From Marsupella aquatica (taxonomy: Eukaryota; Plantae; Marchantiophyta), in assembly GCA_973895155.1 (NCBI GenBank), contig OZ316896.1:3324738-3388737 (forward strand): a stretch of DNA of 64,000 bases. Reading direction: 5' to 3'. Shown here piece by piece: positions 1-12,059 of the stretch. Each line of letters opens with the position of its first letter. Position 1 is the stretch's first letter. The notes beneath the pieces are model-generated. The model worked only from the letters and a program-made list of their open reading frames with translations, was not told the origin of the DNA and made no database searches. The translations under genes and the position numbers were made by a program.

Positions 1-1
1 A

Positions 2-580
2 GACATCGAGAAAAATCACGGAGTTTTCACTCATTACATTTACGTGTGCAAGCAAGATCGCCACGATATGTTAGAAGAAGATACCTGGAACTTATTTCTG
101 CGGCTTTTCGGTGAAAAGATCGCAAAAAATTTCACTGTAGTGATTACCGATTCAACCCCACAGTGGATAGAGAAGCACGTGGAGCAATTGCGGAAGCAGT
201 TCAAACTCTGCAATCATTTTCTGAGCGTCCAATTTCCCCCAGTGGATGCGACAGACGAAGAGTTGGAGGAGGAGAACCAGGAGGGGCGATTGACATCTCT
301 CAGGGAGCTCGAGGACGCTTTTACGAAACAGAACCGAAATGAGGTATTTGGCAAATACGGAGGGACTTCGAAGACGGCTCTGGGTATCGAAATAGCACAT
401 ATCCGTAACGTTAAGAATTGCGAGACGACTTTCACAGGCAGAGCTGTAGCATCAACGGCCAAACGAGTGTTGAAAATTAGTGGTTATGGACTGCAAGTTT
501 GGCAAGACTTGCGAGAGGAATCTCATACCGAGAGAGCTCGTAAAGACATTCTGGGACAGGAGTCGAATTTTGATTACTAA
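2..580 (+). CDS. AIG1/GIMAP-like P-loop GTPase, C-terminal part (5' end outside window); diverged paralogue of 24996-26435
   Basis: Frame is open from base 2 (DIEKNHGVFTHYIYVCKQDRHDMLEEDTWNLFLRLFGEKIAKNFTVVITDS...FLSVQFPP...DEELEEEN) and aligns residue by residue with HGLFTHFIYVKKRDRFDTLDDEIWRFFMQIFGEHIKSNFTVVITNS...FLSADFPT...DKELEEEN of the 507-aa ORF; stop TAA at 578-580. Confidence 0.85.
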   Translation, partial: DIEKNHGVFTHYIYVCKQDRHDMLEEDTWNLFLRLFGEKIAKNFTVVITDSTPQWIEKHVEQLRKQFKLCNHFLSVQFPPVDATDEELEEENQEGRLTSLRELEDAFTKQNRNEVFGKYGGTSKTALGIEIAHIRNVKNCETTFTGRAVASTAKRVLKISGYGLQVWQDLREESHTERARKDILGQESNFDY

Positions 581-1287
581 GCAAAGGCAACGGCGAGGTG
601 GAATGAGAAGAACCAGGTCTGCCCCTCTTTCAGAAGACCATGTTTTGGTGGAGCAAGCGCACTAGGACTAGCACATATCCTATCTTAGTAGTGCCAGGAA
701 GTATCAGCATACTTAGGTTAGCACTTGAAATGCCTTACGTTAGCACTCTTGAATGCACTTCGTGAATTTTCTCTCTGTGCCTTTAAGGGGCATTTGTGTA
801 GAACAATGCCAACTGAAGTGAAGATGTGATTTTTCTCTTTATAATTTTCGGGGCATTCTCCTCCAATTTTACTAAGAAGAAAAATCTCTTAGGCCTTTTA
901 TGATTTCACATGAGTAGAGGTCAAGATGTTTGTGACAGGGCTTTTCAAGAGTTTTTAGCCTCTTTTCGGGAATGCTCCACAACATATCATTCTGTAGAGC
1001 TACTTGAGGCAGGCTATGATCAGAGATGCCTTGATGGCAAGATCTATTGACACCAATTTCGCCTTTACTCTTGTCTGCAGTCAGCCAATAGTGAGGATCG
1101 TCCAGATTGAAGGGGGTCTGAAGGATGCCATGATTCTTAATACAAGCCCATACTCTGCCCTAACTTGGATTCTCTCAGTTGCCTTTGTTTGGTTTCTCTG
1201 ATTACTAGTGCAAATCTCCAGGCGGATGCAACTCAATGGAGGGCTCCCTATACCCAGACTCAGTATGTCTGTCCCTGCTCAAAGTAG

Positions 1288-1390
1288 GCATAGTCTAAAT
1301 ATCAAAATTTGTTGCTACCAGAGAAATTACCAAGCCCTGTGTCTCAAACAAAGCATAGTCTAAATATCAACACTTGTTCATACCAGAAAA
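1288..1390. repeat. Short imperfect direct repeat, period ~65 bp
   Basis: gcatagtctaaatatcaa..ttgtt..taccaga occurs at 1288 and 1353. Confidence 0.6.
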
Positions 1391-4300
1391 AAGGGCCTAT
1401 GGCTTCCCTCTACTGATTAGGTCATGAAGGGTAGATGGTGGTTACGAATGATAGTTACCCAGATAGTAACTAAGGTGCTTTATAATTTCTTTACGTTTGT
1501 TTCTGGCTATCTCTTTTTGGTGCGAGTGGGCAAGGTGGTGGATGCCCCAGATATCACACGGAGATTCCCAATCACTCAACTGGAATGTCTTTTCATGGAG
1601 ATTCAAACCTGGAATGAAAGGCCACAATGTTTCATGATACGACAAATGATTGTAGATTAATTATATGTGCATAATTATAGTAAAGTTCCCTTTCTCAGTT
1701 ACGAATCACAGCTTCTAAGTAAGTTCACATTCAAGAGAAACTAGATCCGACTGTTGAAAATAATGTTCCTAGTGACTGTCTTGCCTATTATCACTAATGT
1801 GACTATGTTTGGATTTCTTTCATACTCAGTTTATCGTAAATCTAAAGTAGATCTATTGTTCTTTGCTTGACTTATTTGATCACAAAACCAATTGAATAAT
1901 GTCAGACTTGCTCATTAAGCCTAAACTGCGATTTTCCTATACTCAAGAAGAATCTGAACTCACATCTTCTCATTCCAGCCCTCCCCAAAAAAACGCTTCT
2001 CCAATACTTAGCTGCCAAGACGGACTTCTAAAAGGAATTTGTGCTGTATGTGATCACAAAACTCACTCCTTCACACCTCCTTCAGCTAAAACTGAAATTC
2101 TTCTATATATATACTCAAGAAGAAACTGAATCCATAATCTCCTCTAATCCCCATTCTATTCAAGGGCCACCAGCACAGTAATTTCTCCAAAATAACACTC
2201 AACTGACAAACACAATTGAAGGATAAACAAGTACTCTACCTTGGTGACTGGTATGTCAATAGTTCTCTTCCACTCCAATGCACGGGAACACTTGGTGTGC
2301 TCAGTCCACCGTAGGCAACAGGGATGTTCTCTCCACTAACTAATTAATCTGCAGTCCAGAAAAAACAAATGAGCTTATGCAGTGCTAGCCCGTGAGTAGG
2401 TGATTTATCTTTGAACGTCAAAGAACCAGGCAAAGGACGAGTACAAATTTGGCTCCCTAGGTTGGTGATAGGAAAATGCTATTTTTCTACTTAGGGTGTA
2501 ATGAGAGAGCATGCTCTTTGTCCGGGCATGAATAGACACCTGAAAACTAGCTCAAGTGTCAGTTGCATCATTCTTGGCAGCAATAATTGGTTCCAATGAC
2601 AAAGTCATCATCACCTACTGTTGTCATGATTCACAGAAACTTACTAGAGCTCCACTCTTGAGATCAACCTCCTCATCAACTGCCAGAAGGACGCGTTGTG
2701 CAAATGTGGTCCAACTGAGTGAGAAATGACATTGTTGAAACTGAGTCTGCTTTGTATTATTTAGTTTCAATTTTTAATGAAGACATGGTTGTGGACAATT
2801 TGAGTAAAGACATGTCCAAGCATGTCTTTGAGATGGGCAGCATTCAAACCAACTGGCTTAGGTCAGTTGGCTAGGGGATGAGCCTGGAACTAAAAGGTCC
2901 CACTTCAATTCCCCCTCCAGACATAGGGTTGTGGAGGGTATATGTCTATGGGTGGGATGGGTTTTGAGAGTAGTGGATCATGGGAGTTCGGATTATCTAC
3001 TCGGTCCCTGGTTGTCCACTTTGTGGCCCTGGTTTAATCGTCTCTCTCTCCTAGTGCGGGTTCCCTTTGCATCCATGAGAGCTCACCCTGGTATGGGTTC
3101 CCTACAAAGAAAGTGTCACTATTGGGGTGGGGAGTGTTCTTCCCCATTTTGGTTAAAGACAAAAACAAGGGTGGCATGGGATGGTGAGCTCTGCTGCAGC
3201 GCCTGCAACCAGAGCAATTGCAACCTCGATGGGCATTTTGGGTTCTTGAGATTGTGCCAGGTTGCATTAGGGAGCATTGAGCTTAGTTTTGTCAGGCCAG
3301 TATGTGTTTCGTTTAGTTGCCAAAAGTAAGTCCTCCCTCTTTAATAAGATTCTCCTATACTTTCACTTAAATTAGTGAAAATAAAAATATATGAGCGCTT
3401 TAATTGTATTACTGTCCAGAGCACCATGGCCAATAATAGCCCCTCAAAACTAGTGAATTAGCCCTCGTTTTTGGGGTCGTGGGATATTGACTGTAAAGCT
3501 GGTTCTTGCAAAGAAAGGTTTCAGTGGTTGAGTATTTGATGGTATGAACATATATTTGTGAATTGATTAATATGGCCGGGGATCGAAATGATGTTATTTG
3601 TTCGAATATAATGGAAAGATAGCGTCGCGCACACATTCATTGCTTACTTTCAATCCCTTGCTGGTTGAGTCACTAGCAAGTTCCGATTAGTTTCTGACGA
3701 CGTTTTAATTCACGTCTAAGTTATATGCAGATGTTCTTTGTTTGGGTTAAAACGTTAAGCACTTGTTAATTCAACCCTAATTCAAAAAATCAGGGGATAA
3801 ATACAGTCTTAAAACTAAGCTGGTGAAACTATATATACTTTCCAAATAACTCGAAGGCTTGCCTTTCTCACACTCAATAACATTCTCTAGAAACGGGTTT
3901 TGCTAGACTTGATACTGTTTCTATTGGTTTTCTTAAGTCCAAGATCCGGAATTCTTGAAGCCTTTTCGATTCTGAGTTTGACTTGGTCAACCAATGTTCA
4001 CAGCTCGCCAATCTCGAGACTCGTCCCAGATGGCGTTTCTAAAGTTTTATTAGTAGTTTCGGATCGACAGTCACCGTATTCCGTCCTGCTCATCTCGTGA
4101 CAACAGATTTCGGATTGGATTTAGGACAAACTTGATCGACTGAAATTGGTGGCTCGAAGATCTATTACATTGTCTCCCGAGAAGAAATTCTGAGCAAAGA
4201 AATAATGTTTGCCTTGATAAATGGTTAGTACAAATTTTCAATTAAATGCTAACACAGGTTGGGTCACTGTACTACGAACGTATTGAAGATTGAGTTGCTC

Positions 4301-5401
4301 GATAATGCTACGCTATGCAAGCTACCGCAGCCTGAGTGATCAAGGAGTTTGCCATCTGGACCTTCTAAACCTCTACTGCTGCTACATTTATAGCTACAGT
4401 GAAGGAACAGAACTAAACCCTTATATTGTGTTCTATCTAGAGAACCCGCTTCCTCTTCTCACCGCTAAGATTATGAAGTCAGTGGATGTAAAGAGTCAAT
4501 GGCTCGAGATCAGAGAAACATATTCAGTTGTTGTAGTGTTGACGCCTTCATATCCGTCTAAGGCCAACTCAACTTCTTGCTTCGAATATGGGCCCTGGTC
4601 GAATGGACTTCGTAGGTAGTGCTGTATTTTCCAGATTACACAATAACTCGTCAGGCACATGAACTGTAGTCATCATCACCACTGTCAAGTTGCGTGAGAC
4701 GTCCCAGTTGAACGGGACCATTAACCGGATAGGCTAACGTGAACTCGGAATCCAATCGACGCAAACAAATATGACAAGTGAGCTCAGCGTAGATTGAGAC
4801 AATGGAATCAGCTCTAGCGCTTTATTGACGAGTTCAACACATATATTGATAGCTGTAGAGAATCCAAGAGCTAGAGGCCATTTCTATGTACTTCTACACC
4901 GGAATTCGCGTGCAGTCTATCAATCAGTACTAATCGTCCAGTCATTGTCCCTGGCGACCGTGAATAGACGAGATTATTGTCTACTGTTATATACAATTTT
5001 TCTTCTAGTCAATCAACGATTCATTGACAAAGAGCAACCGGATTCTTAGGTATCGTTATTCATAAGTATTAGGCGATCAACTCATCTACTGTATAAATAC
5101 AAAAAATTATATATCTGGTCTAGTGGGATAATTGGGACTGGCTTATCCACTAATAATCAAATAGCTTTCATTGTCATGTGGCCAAAAAGCAGGAAATGAT
5201 CCGAATCGTTCCCTCCTTCAGGTTTCGACATTGCTAGCTGTCCATCTTGGCATTCGTCCCGTGACCGTTTATTGGTATTGTACCAGCCTTATTTTGACTG
5301 CTTCATCGACGCGACATAGCTCCGACTTGATCCAATCTTTTCCTGCTGGGTACATCGTAATCTATGACGCCTCGCTGCAGCTTGGACTGCATCCTGTAAG
5401 A

Positions 5402-5818
5402 CTATGCAGCATACTGGCACAGGCCAAAGCTGCACAGGTCCTTCGATGGGCACTTGTTGCCGCAAACTCCACAGTTGTTGGGGTCGTTGATCAAATTCGC
5501 GCACTTACCTGTGCAGCAAATTGAACCGAGAGGGCAACTATTCCCGCAGCTTCCGCAGTTAAACATGTCGGTCGTGGTGTTAGTGCAAATGGATGCACCT
5601 GGGAGAAATCCAGTGTTTGGAAGTTTGCAGCAGGAGAGACCAGTTAGGCATGGAACAAGGCAGTTAGTGGACGGTGCAGCTGCCACACCAATCGAGGATG
5701 CCTCCTGCCCAGCCAGTCGGCGCCGCACAAACGACGATTCGCCGCACACGCCATCTATGACCACGCCTGCCGCAATAGCCACGAGCAGGAGAGATAGCAG
5801 CGTCCCACGGTAGGCCAT
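5402..5818 (-). CDS. STIG1-family secreted cysteine-rich protein (138 aa)
   Basis: N-terminal hydrophobic signal peptide (LLSLLLVAIAAGVVI); C-terminal STIG1 pattern C...D..NCG.CG..C..G..CC.G.C.NL..DP.NCG.CG.KC.....C.FGLC.YA; single exon; TATA-like tatatata ~180 bp upstream (5996-6003). Confidence 0.92.
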   Translation of the reverse strand: MAYRGTLLSLLLVAIAAGVVIDGVCGESSFVRRRLAGQEASSIGVAAAPSTNCLVPCLTGLSCCKLPNTGFLPGASICTNTTTDMFNCGSCGNSCPLGSICCTGKCANLINDPNNCGVCGNKCPSKDLCSFGLCQYAA

Positions 5819-7258
5819 CGGATGATCGATTGGACGGAGCTACCGAGCAGCGAGATCGAGGAGTATGTCGAAGAGAACTGGCTGCCGGGCTGCTGGCACG
5901 GAAGCTGACCGAAGAGTGCAGACGATAATGAAGTGCTCAAGCTCGATGTACAGTGGCGATGCTCCAGTAAATCCTTGGTAATATTGAAGTACTGATATAT
6001 ATAGAGTGCTGCGGCTACTGGGAGTCAGGTTGTGATCGATGAGGTTCTCTCTGGAACTGCTGCCTCTTTTAAACATTCCCTGGACCATGCCCGAGAAGCT
6101 TACACTCGCTCTCTACATTAGCGAGAGTCGAAAATCTACGTGATTTCTGGTACGAATGCCATGATCGAGTCCGTGGATGCTTTTCAGAACATTCGAGTAC
6201 GACTTGCCACGATCATCATCTCAACATTCGCCTGGCTTAATTTCCTGATATTTCGGGAGTCAACTTTTCTGCCTACAACAAAGGAACGAATGCACGTACT
6301 CGGGAGCGGCCTCGAGAAATGCTTTGCTTCATAAATGGCAGGCGATGAATAAGAAATTTTGAGAGTGTCCACATGATTGATTTCTCGACGCTCGGTGGAC
6401 TTTTCGGGTAAATCGTAACTTCATCTTATGTTCCGTGCGTAACAAATGTTTTGTTTCCTTGCCCGATTCTTGTTGAAATATAGTTTCCCCATTTCGTCGA
6501 GGGAATGCGGCTAACGTTATTGGCTAAATCAAAGGAAAGCGGTCATTCATTTAAGATTCACTTTAGCTCACTATCATCCTTTTGCAACGACGTGGTCTAA
6601 GGATGCTGCGTGATAGAAAGAACGCATTCATAAGGTCGAAAGTAACTTCTCTCAATTCTCCGGGAATTAAATGTGCATCGGCCTGAACGGCCCGCAAGAT
6701 TTTAGTTCAGTTTGCTTTGCTCTTTGACAGACAGGAACGAGCTGATCGAATGATGGAACGAAGCAACAATCTGCGATTACGGTCTGGGAAGGTACAACTT
6801 TTCGTTTGGAAAGTTTTAGGAAGTCATCGGTGACGTTGAAGAAGCATGTGTGATCTGATCGTGGGACGTCGTTACCTATGTACATCTTGAACGAGAACAT
6901 CTCATGCTAGTCTGTGAAACTAAACAATTGTGGACATTTAGGTGGGGTGAGTAGTACAGCCTCACTCCTATATGACTTTTACGGCTGTTGAATGTAGTTC
7001 GATCAGGGAGAAGGACTATTTCAGGGTCTCTGCAAAACGGCCCTACTTGGGAACGACGCTTGGTGCGACCCTCGAGCTCGAGCCACCAGCTGACGATGAT
7101 GTGGCCAAAAAAGAGCCGCACGCGAGAGCAGTGTAGTCCAATTGAATCTCCGCAGATCCCTGTCCGCCATGATTCCTGTCCGTCGTCCAGTTCATGGAAG
7201 TGCCTCCAATTAGGTCAGTGAAATTTCCTTGCACTGTGACCGAGACAGTACTCCAAGT

Positions 7259-7690
7259 CTAGGAAACCTGGTGATCGACTTGTTCCCTGACAGGAATCTG
7301 TTCTCCAAGTCTAGGAATGATCACAGAACCTTGCATCACTTGTTCTCTGACAAAGTGGTATGGTACGTCGATATGTTTGGTCTTGCAGTGATGAGTTGGA
7401 TTGATTGTGAGGGAGATCGATCGCTGGCTTGTTATTCCCACAGATCTATACCTTGTGAACATCTAGTACATTCCAGCCGAGAATTCCAAGACACTGGACC
7501 ATTAATTAGAAAGTTTGAACATGTATCCACTTGTAGATTTGCCGTCACTGATATACGTTGTCAGCATAGGAAGAGTCAGAATACCCAATGAAATGAACTT
7601 CAAGACCTGCAATCGAGGTTGGACGCAAACATATGCCAAGGAAGATTGTACCTGGATTGTGAGCAAATTGTCCAAGTCGGGAACACTTGA
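7259..7690 (-). mobile_element. Degraded Ty1/copia RT-end/RNase H fragment, related to the full-length copia at 15808
   Basis: Frame-shifted pieces CSRLGQFAHNP, GLEVHFIGYSDSSYADN, SDGKSTSGYMFKL, SISLTINPTHHCKTKHIDVPYHFVREQV match the RNase H region of ORF 19800-20486. Confidence 0.8.
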
Positions 7691-7694
7691 AGAT

Positions 7695-8027
7695 GGGAAA
7701 CTTGAAGTAAACTGGAGAAGTTTTTTGACGAGAGCAAACACAGAAAGATTGAAGTTCTCGAGAAAAGACGGACAGGAGACACTCCAGAGAGAACTCATAG
7801 TATAATGATGAGAGCACGCTGAAGTGTGAGTTCAAGGTACAATAGTTGACAATGCATGAGAGAGTGACCGCTTGAGTTGGACTAAATGAAAGCCCGCTAA
7901 AAACTCTTGAAAGACTAATCGTTTATGAGTTTCCGCGACGACCGTTCGCAGGACTATTCGACGAAACTCACTCCCTTTGCCAGCGTTGTTCGAAGACCAT
8001 TCCTTCCCCAAACTTTACCGAAATGCC
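7695..8027. repeat. ~340-bp dispersed direct repeat, copy A (copy B at ~10458-10797)
   Basis: Shared blocks tgacgagagcaaaca, agttggactaaatgaaagc, aaactcttgaaagactaatcgtt, gcaggactattcgacgaaa, ccattccttccccaaactttacc occur in the same order in both places. Confidence 0.85.
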
Positions 8028-8160
8028 TTGGGACGGTTTGGCGAGCAGTACAGCAAATCTATTAGTTTGGGAATTATTATTATAGATGTAAAAAGGCTTA
8101 GGTCCATCTTGCATCAAGATCGATCGCTCCATCAGGCATCAAGACTGACTCTGTAGGCAA

Positions 8161-9365
8161 ATGAATCCAACTTGGAATGACGTCCAAACTTGAGGGAAAC
8201 TCTCAACGTCTTCTTCCAGCGATCCTTGATCGATGATATAGGTTTGAACAAGGTTATCCCGAAGCTGCAGTGGAGAGACCTGTATGCCCGGTCGGCAGTG
8301 GCTTCAACCTGGTGCCTGGTAATTCTAAGCCGTCAAGCCTACAATTTAAGAGTGCTTCACCATTCTAAAGAGACGTCTGTTCTCGTCAGATGTGAAGATA
8401 ATGATCGCCATCAAGGTTGGTTTGCTCTCTATTCGATGAGAGATATCATGTCGTCCACTTCCTCTTATCCAACATTGCCAGTCAACTGTTCCCAACTTGT
8501 AGATGCGTGCCATTGGAGGGGAAAATATACATCTTGGGAGGATTGAATTGGGGGACCCTGAGGTCAGTCGTAAGGTCAGGTGTACGTATGTTTCGGACCT
8601 CGTTGAGCAAGGGCAATGGCCTGGACACGGTGTGCAGATATGATATATGCAGGCCAAAGAGGATTCTGCCTGTAGTGTCATGGACGGCAAGATTTTCGTA
8701 CTTGGAGGAGTTGATAGGACCGTCCGCTGTGGATCACAGGTTTATAACTCCAATGAAGACACTTGGGCTCCGATTAGTCCACCGCCAGCATGCATGGGTT
8801 GTTTCTGATCAAGTTGAAGTTGTTGGAAATGAGTTTTGCATACCACACCTGTAGTGAAATCGCTTCTAGTCTATGATGATAAATAATGATGATTAAGTCG
8901 TTTTCAATCTTGATGAAGTTTTCGACGTTTATAACCCCACCCAGGGACTACTGGAGGAGAGAGAGTCAGTTCCCTGTCAAGTCGAAACCAGTTGTTTGTC
9001 ATGGCAAACGGTAAACTCCATCCGATGCGTGATGCGAGTACCCATCGTATAGAAGTCCAGAATGCTGATAAACACTCATGGTCACATTTGCATTCATCCA
9101 TATTAACATCGGGGGGACCAATTGACTCGACCGTGTTGCTGTATTGGAAGTGAAGGATGAGTTGTTAGCTGTAGTGGCCTGGTGGACCAGATGGGCTGCC
9201 CGGAGGGCTGGTAATATCAACGGATATTGTCTTGCTCTAAGTGAAGGCTTCCGTAGTAAAACCGAAGCCATCCGGTGGCAGAAAGCACTTGAGCTGGATT
9301 GTCCCTTCGGAGGGAGATGGATCGAGATCTTCCCCAGATTTTCCATATATCCCATTCAGTTCTGA
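8161..9365 (+). pseudogene. F-box/kelch-repeat protein pseudogene
   Basis: F-box-like LIDDIGLNKVIPKLQWRDLYARSAVASTW followed by kelch blades CVPLEGKIYILGG and CSVMDGKIFVLGG, split across frames by frameshifts and stops. Confidence 0.75.
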
Positions 9366-9696
9366 GAGCATTTGGAGGTTGAGTTGTGTTTGAGTTAAGG
9401 ATTCAGTTCAATGCACGTTCTCCAAAACTATGTCCGGGTACAGTATGATCTGTCTTATTGAGAGCTTTGACGGATCAATGATGCATTAATTTTGCGGCTC
9501 TGGGAGACCAGCCGAAAACTTCAGTCAGTTGTTTGGGACGAGGTTTGTTTGGGACGAGGTGGAGCCTGCATTGATGACGAGCTTGGCACAGAAGTCGTAG
9601 CTAGCTTCGATCCTTTCAAAATCATTGGCATGGTGGGCACCGGCGCAAGATTGTAATCGTCTTTGAAATGATGGTCCTCCCGTTCATTTTTTTCTA

Positions 9697-10103
9697 CCAT
9701 AATTGCTTTTACGGTTTCAGCCGTGCTCCACCAAAGACTATTTCTGACCATCCTAGTCATGGCATCCATTTTCATTGGAGTAAGAGCAAGTGATCCTGAT
9801 CCATTGCAAGATTTCTGCGTGATTTCTGCGTGGTCGATTTGCAAGCATGAGGCCTCTCGCCAATGGCTACGCATGCATACCTGCAAGGAATGCCACAACG
9901 GAACTTCGCGTTCTACGGACTGGCCTACCCTGCCAATCTTACAGGCAACCCGACCTACCGTGCCGCAACGTTCCGATCTGTTCGTCATTGGCCTGCGCTC
10001 AACACTGGGATTGGCTCTAGCTCGATTGGACATCGATCAACCCTGGCGGAATCATCATGCCACAAACCCACAACTTGGCCACCGAGATGTACAAAGCTGG
10101 TGA
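9697..10103 (+). pseudogene. Germin-like protein (cupin) pseudogene, 5' part
   Basis: Signal peptide + ASDPDPLQDFCV (germin box A), then WPALN/TLGLALARLD and a degenerate germin box in shifting frames; start codon mutated (ataattgct vs ataatggct in the inverted copy); 12-bp internal duplication of gatttctgcgt. Confidence 0.85.
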
Positions 10104-10169
10104 AACATCTTCCATATGACAATGGCGAAGAATCTTCCTACTGTATGTATATATGCTGGGACAAGTAGA

Positions 10170-10341
10170 GACTCTGTGCAACACAATTTTGACATGCGCG
10201 CGTAGCTGTTGGCAAAAGGCCCTCCTGTTTGCAAATCGTCCACGCAGAAATCTTGCAATGGGTCAAGATCACTTGCTCTTACCTAGGATCGTAGGAAAGG
10301 GTCTTTGATGGAGGAGGCTGAAACTGTAAAAGCCATTATGG
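10170..10341 (-). pseudogene. Second, inverted germin-like 5' fragment
   Basis: ATG at 10336 on the minus strand; VRASDLDPLQDFCVDDLQTGGPFANSYA; nucleotide similarity to 9697-9890. Confidence 0.8.
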
Positions 10342-10457
10342 GAGACAGAAATGAACAGAAGGGCCTTCATTACGAAAACGATTACAATTTTGGGTGCGTC
10401 TACTAAAATTGTAAGACTACTAGTCTGAGCTGGGGATGTCACTTTCACGTGGAAAAT

Positions 10458-10797
10458 GGGAACACTCGAAGAAAACTGGACAATGTTTCTGACGAGAGCA
10501 AACAGAAAGATTGAACTTCTTGACAAAAGACCGACAGGAGCTGGCGTGAGCCTCAAACAGGAGAGACTGTGCAGAAAGAACTCAAATTGTAATGATGAGA
10601 GCATGAGTTTAAGTTACAATAGTTGACAAGGAGAGAGTGACGATTTGAGTTGGACTAAATGAAAGCTCACTGTTTAAACTCTTGAAAGACTAATCGTTAA
10701 TAAGTTTCAGGGACAGTTAGCAGGACTATTCGACGAAATTCACTCCCTCTGCCAGCATAGTTCGACGACCATTCCTTCCCCAAACTTTACCAAAATG
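10458..10797. repeat. ~340-bp dispersed direct repeat, copy B (upstream flank of the minus-strand germin fragment)
   Basis: Colinear match to 7695-8027. Confidence 0.85.
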
Positions 10798-10899
10798 TCA
10801 TCAATGGTACCGTTTGGTCAGCCGTACAGAATATTTTTTTATTAGTTTGTGAATTGTTATTATAACAATAACTAGCCCTAAACTAGCCCCATATCTGTC

Positions 10900-11320
10900 C
10901 ATTGTACAAAAGATATTGATGTGTGACAAGATGTCAAAGCGAGGAAAAGATATTGATAAAAAAAAAAGTTGATGTGAGAGAAAAAGACCAAGGTGACAAA
11001 AAGTTGTCAGGGAGAGAAAGAGAAAAGATGACGAGGTGACAAAGATGTTGAGATGAGGAAAAGATGTAGACTGAGGTGAAAAAGAATTTTGAGGAGAGAA
11101 AAAGATGTCAAGATGAGAAAAAGATGTTAGGAAGAAAAAAGATGACAAGGTGACAAAAGGATGTCGAGGTGAGAAAAGGATGTAGAGGTGGGAAAGAATG
11201 TTGAAGAGAGAAAAAGATGTCAAGATGGGAAAATATTTAAGGTGAGGAGAAGGTGTCAAGGAAAGAAAAGATGTCGATGCGTAAAATATGTCAATGTGCA
11301 AAAAATATTGATGATGCACT
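10900..11320. repeat. Degenerate GA-rich minisatellite (~19-20-bp unit, consensus ~gaggwgagaaaaagatgtc)
   Basis: Repeated aaagatgtc/ttgagg(t/a)gagaaa motifs; same family as 38565-38975 and 39815-40410. Confidence 0.75.
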
Positions 11321-12059
11321 TAAGTAAATCAAATCATTGTGCAAAAGTAGTTGTGGAGGAAGTCATTCAAGAAAAGAAATATTGTGGAGGAAAAGTTGAC
11401 TTTTGAACCCTATTCTCATTATGATTGACTGTGTTGTGCTTGGGTTGGGTTGTAACTACAATTATGTTGTGGTTTTGAAAGTTAGTTGTTGGTTCAATTG
11501 GTTTATCATTACGGCCATGTGATTGTTGCGGAAGCGTTGTCATTCCAATTGTGTCATTTGTGTACTCATGTTATGGTTGCAAAACTATCATTAAGTGCAT
11601 GGTTGTTGTTGCAACACTGTTTTCATTTTAGTCAATGTTGTTGTTGTGAAAGTGATGGCGCGCAAGACCTGTAAGAACATCCAAGGCATTGTGGGATCCA
11701 GGTGGGTTGCTCCGTGCTATATGGAGAGAGAACAATGATATATTTTGACTTATTCTGCCTCTCTCCATCCCTCCTTTTTTCTTCCCTCCAACACCATTAA
11801 AAAATAGAATTTTTGGAGGGGGAAGAAAAGATAACATTAACCTCCAAAAATTGAAAAATCCATTGAAGAGCCAAGAGCCAAAACCTTTCTTATGTGGATC
11901 ACTTCCCCTTTATTCCCTCCATGCAATCATCAATTTGTTCCTCCTTTAATGCTCTATAATATTTTATGCACTATATATACGCTTTAAACCCTAGCACATG
12001 TACTAAAGCTTGGTTTCTCGTTTAATGCTTTATACTAAAACTACTTTATGCATGATTGT

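Noticed and set aside
600-5100. Short ORFs in the left intergenic region
   Set aside because: No domains, mostly non-ATG starts; likely UTR, intergenic DNA and unrecognised TE debris
6667-7234. Cluster of short minus-strand ORFs as a gene
   Set aside because: No recognisable motif or consistent frame; may be a relic but cannot be supported
10801-11319. F/S/L-rich ORFs here and at 38556-39308 and 39869-40364 as membrane proteins
   Set aside because: Artefacts of translating the pyrimidine strand of the GA-rich minisatellites
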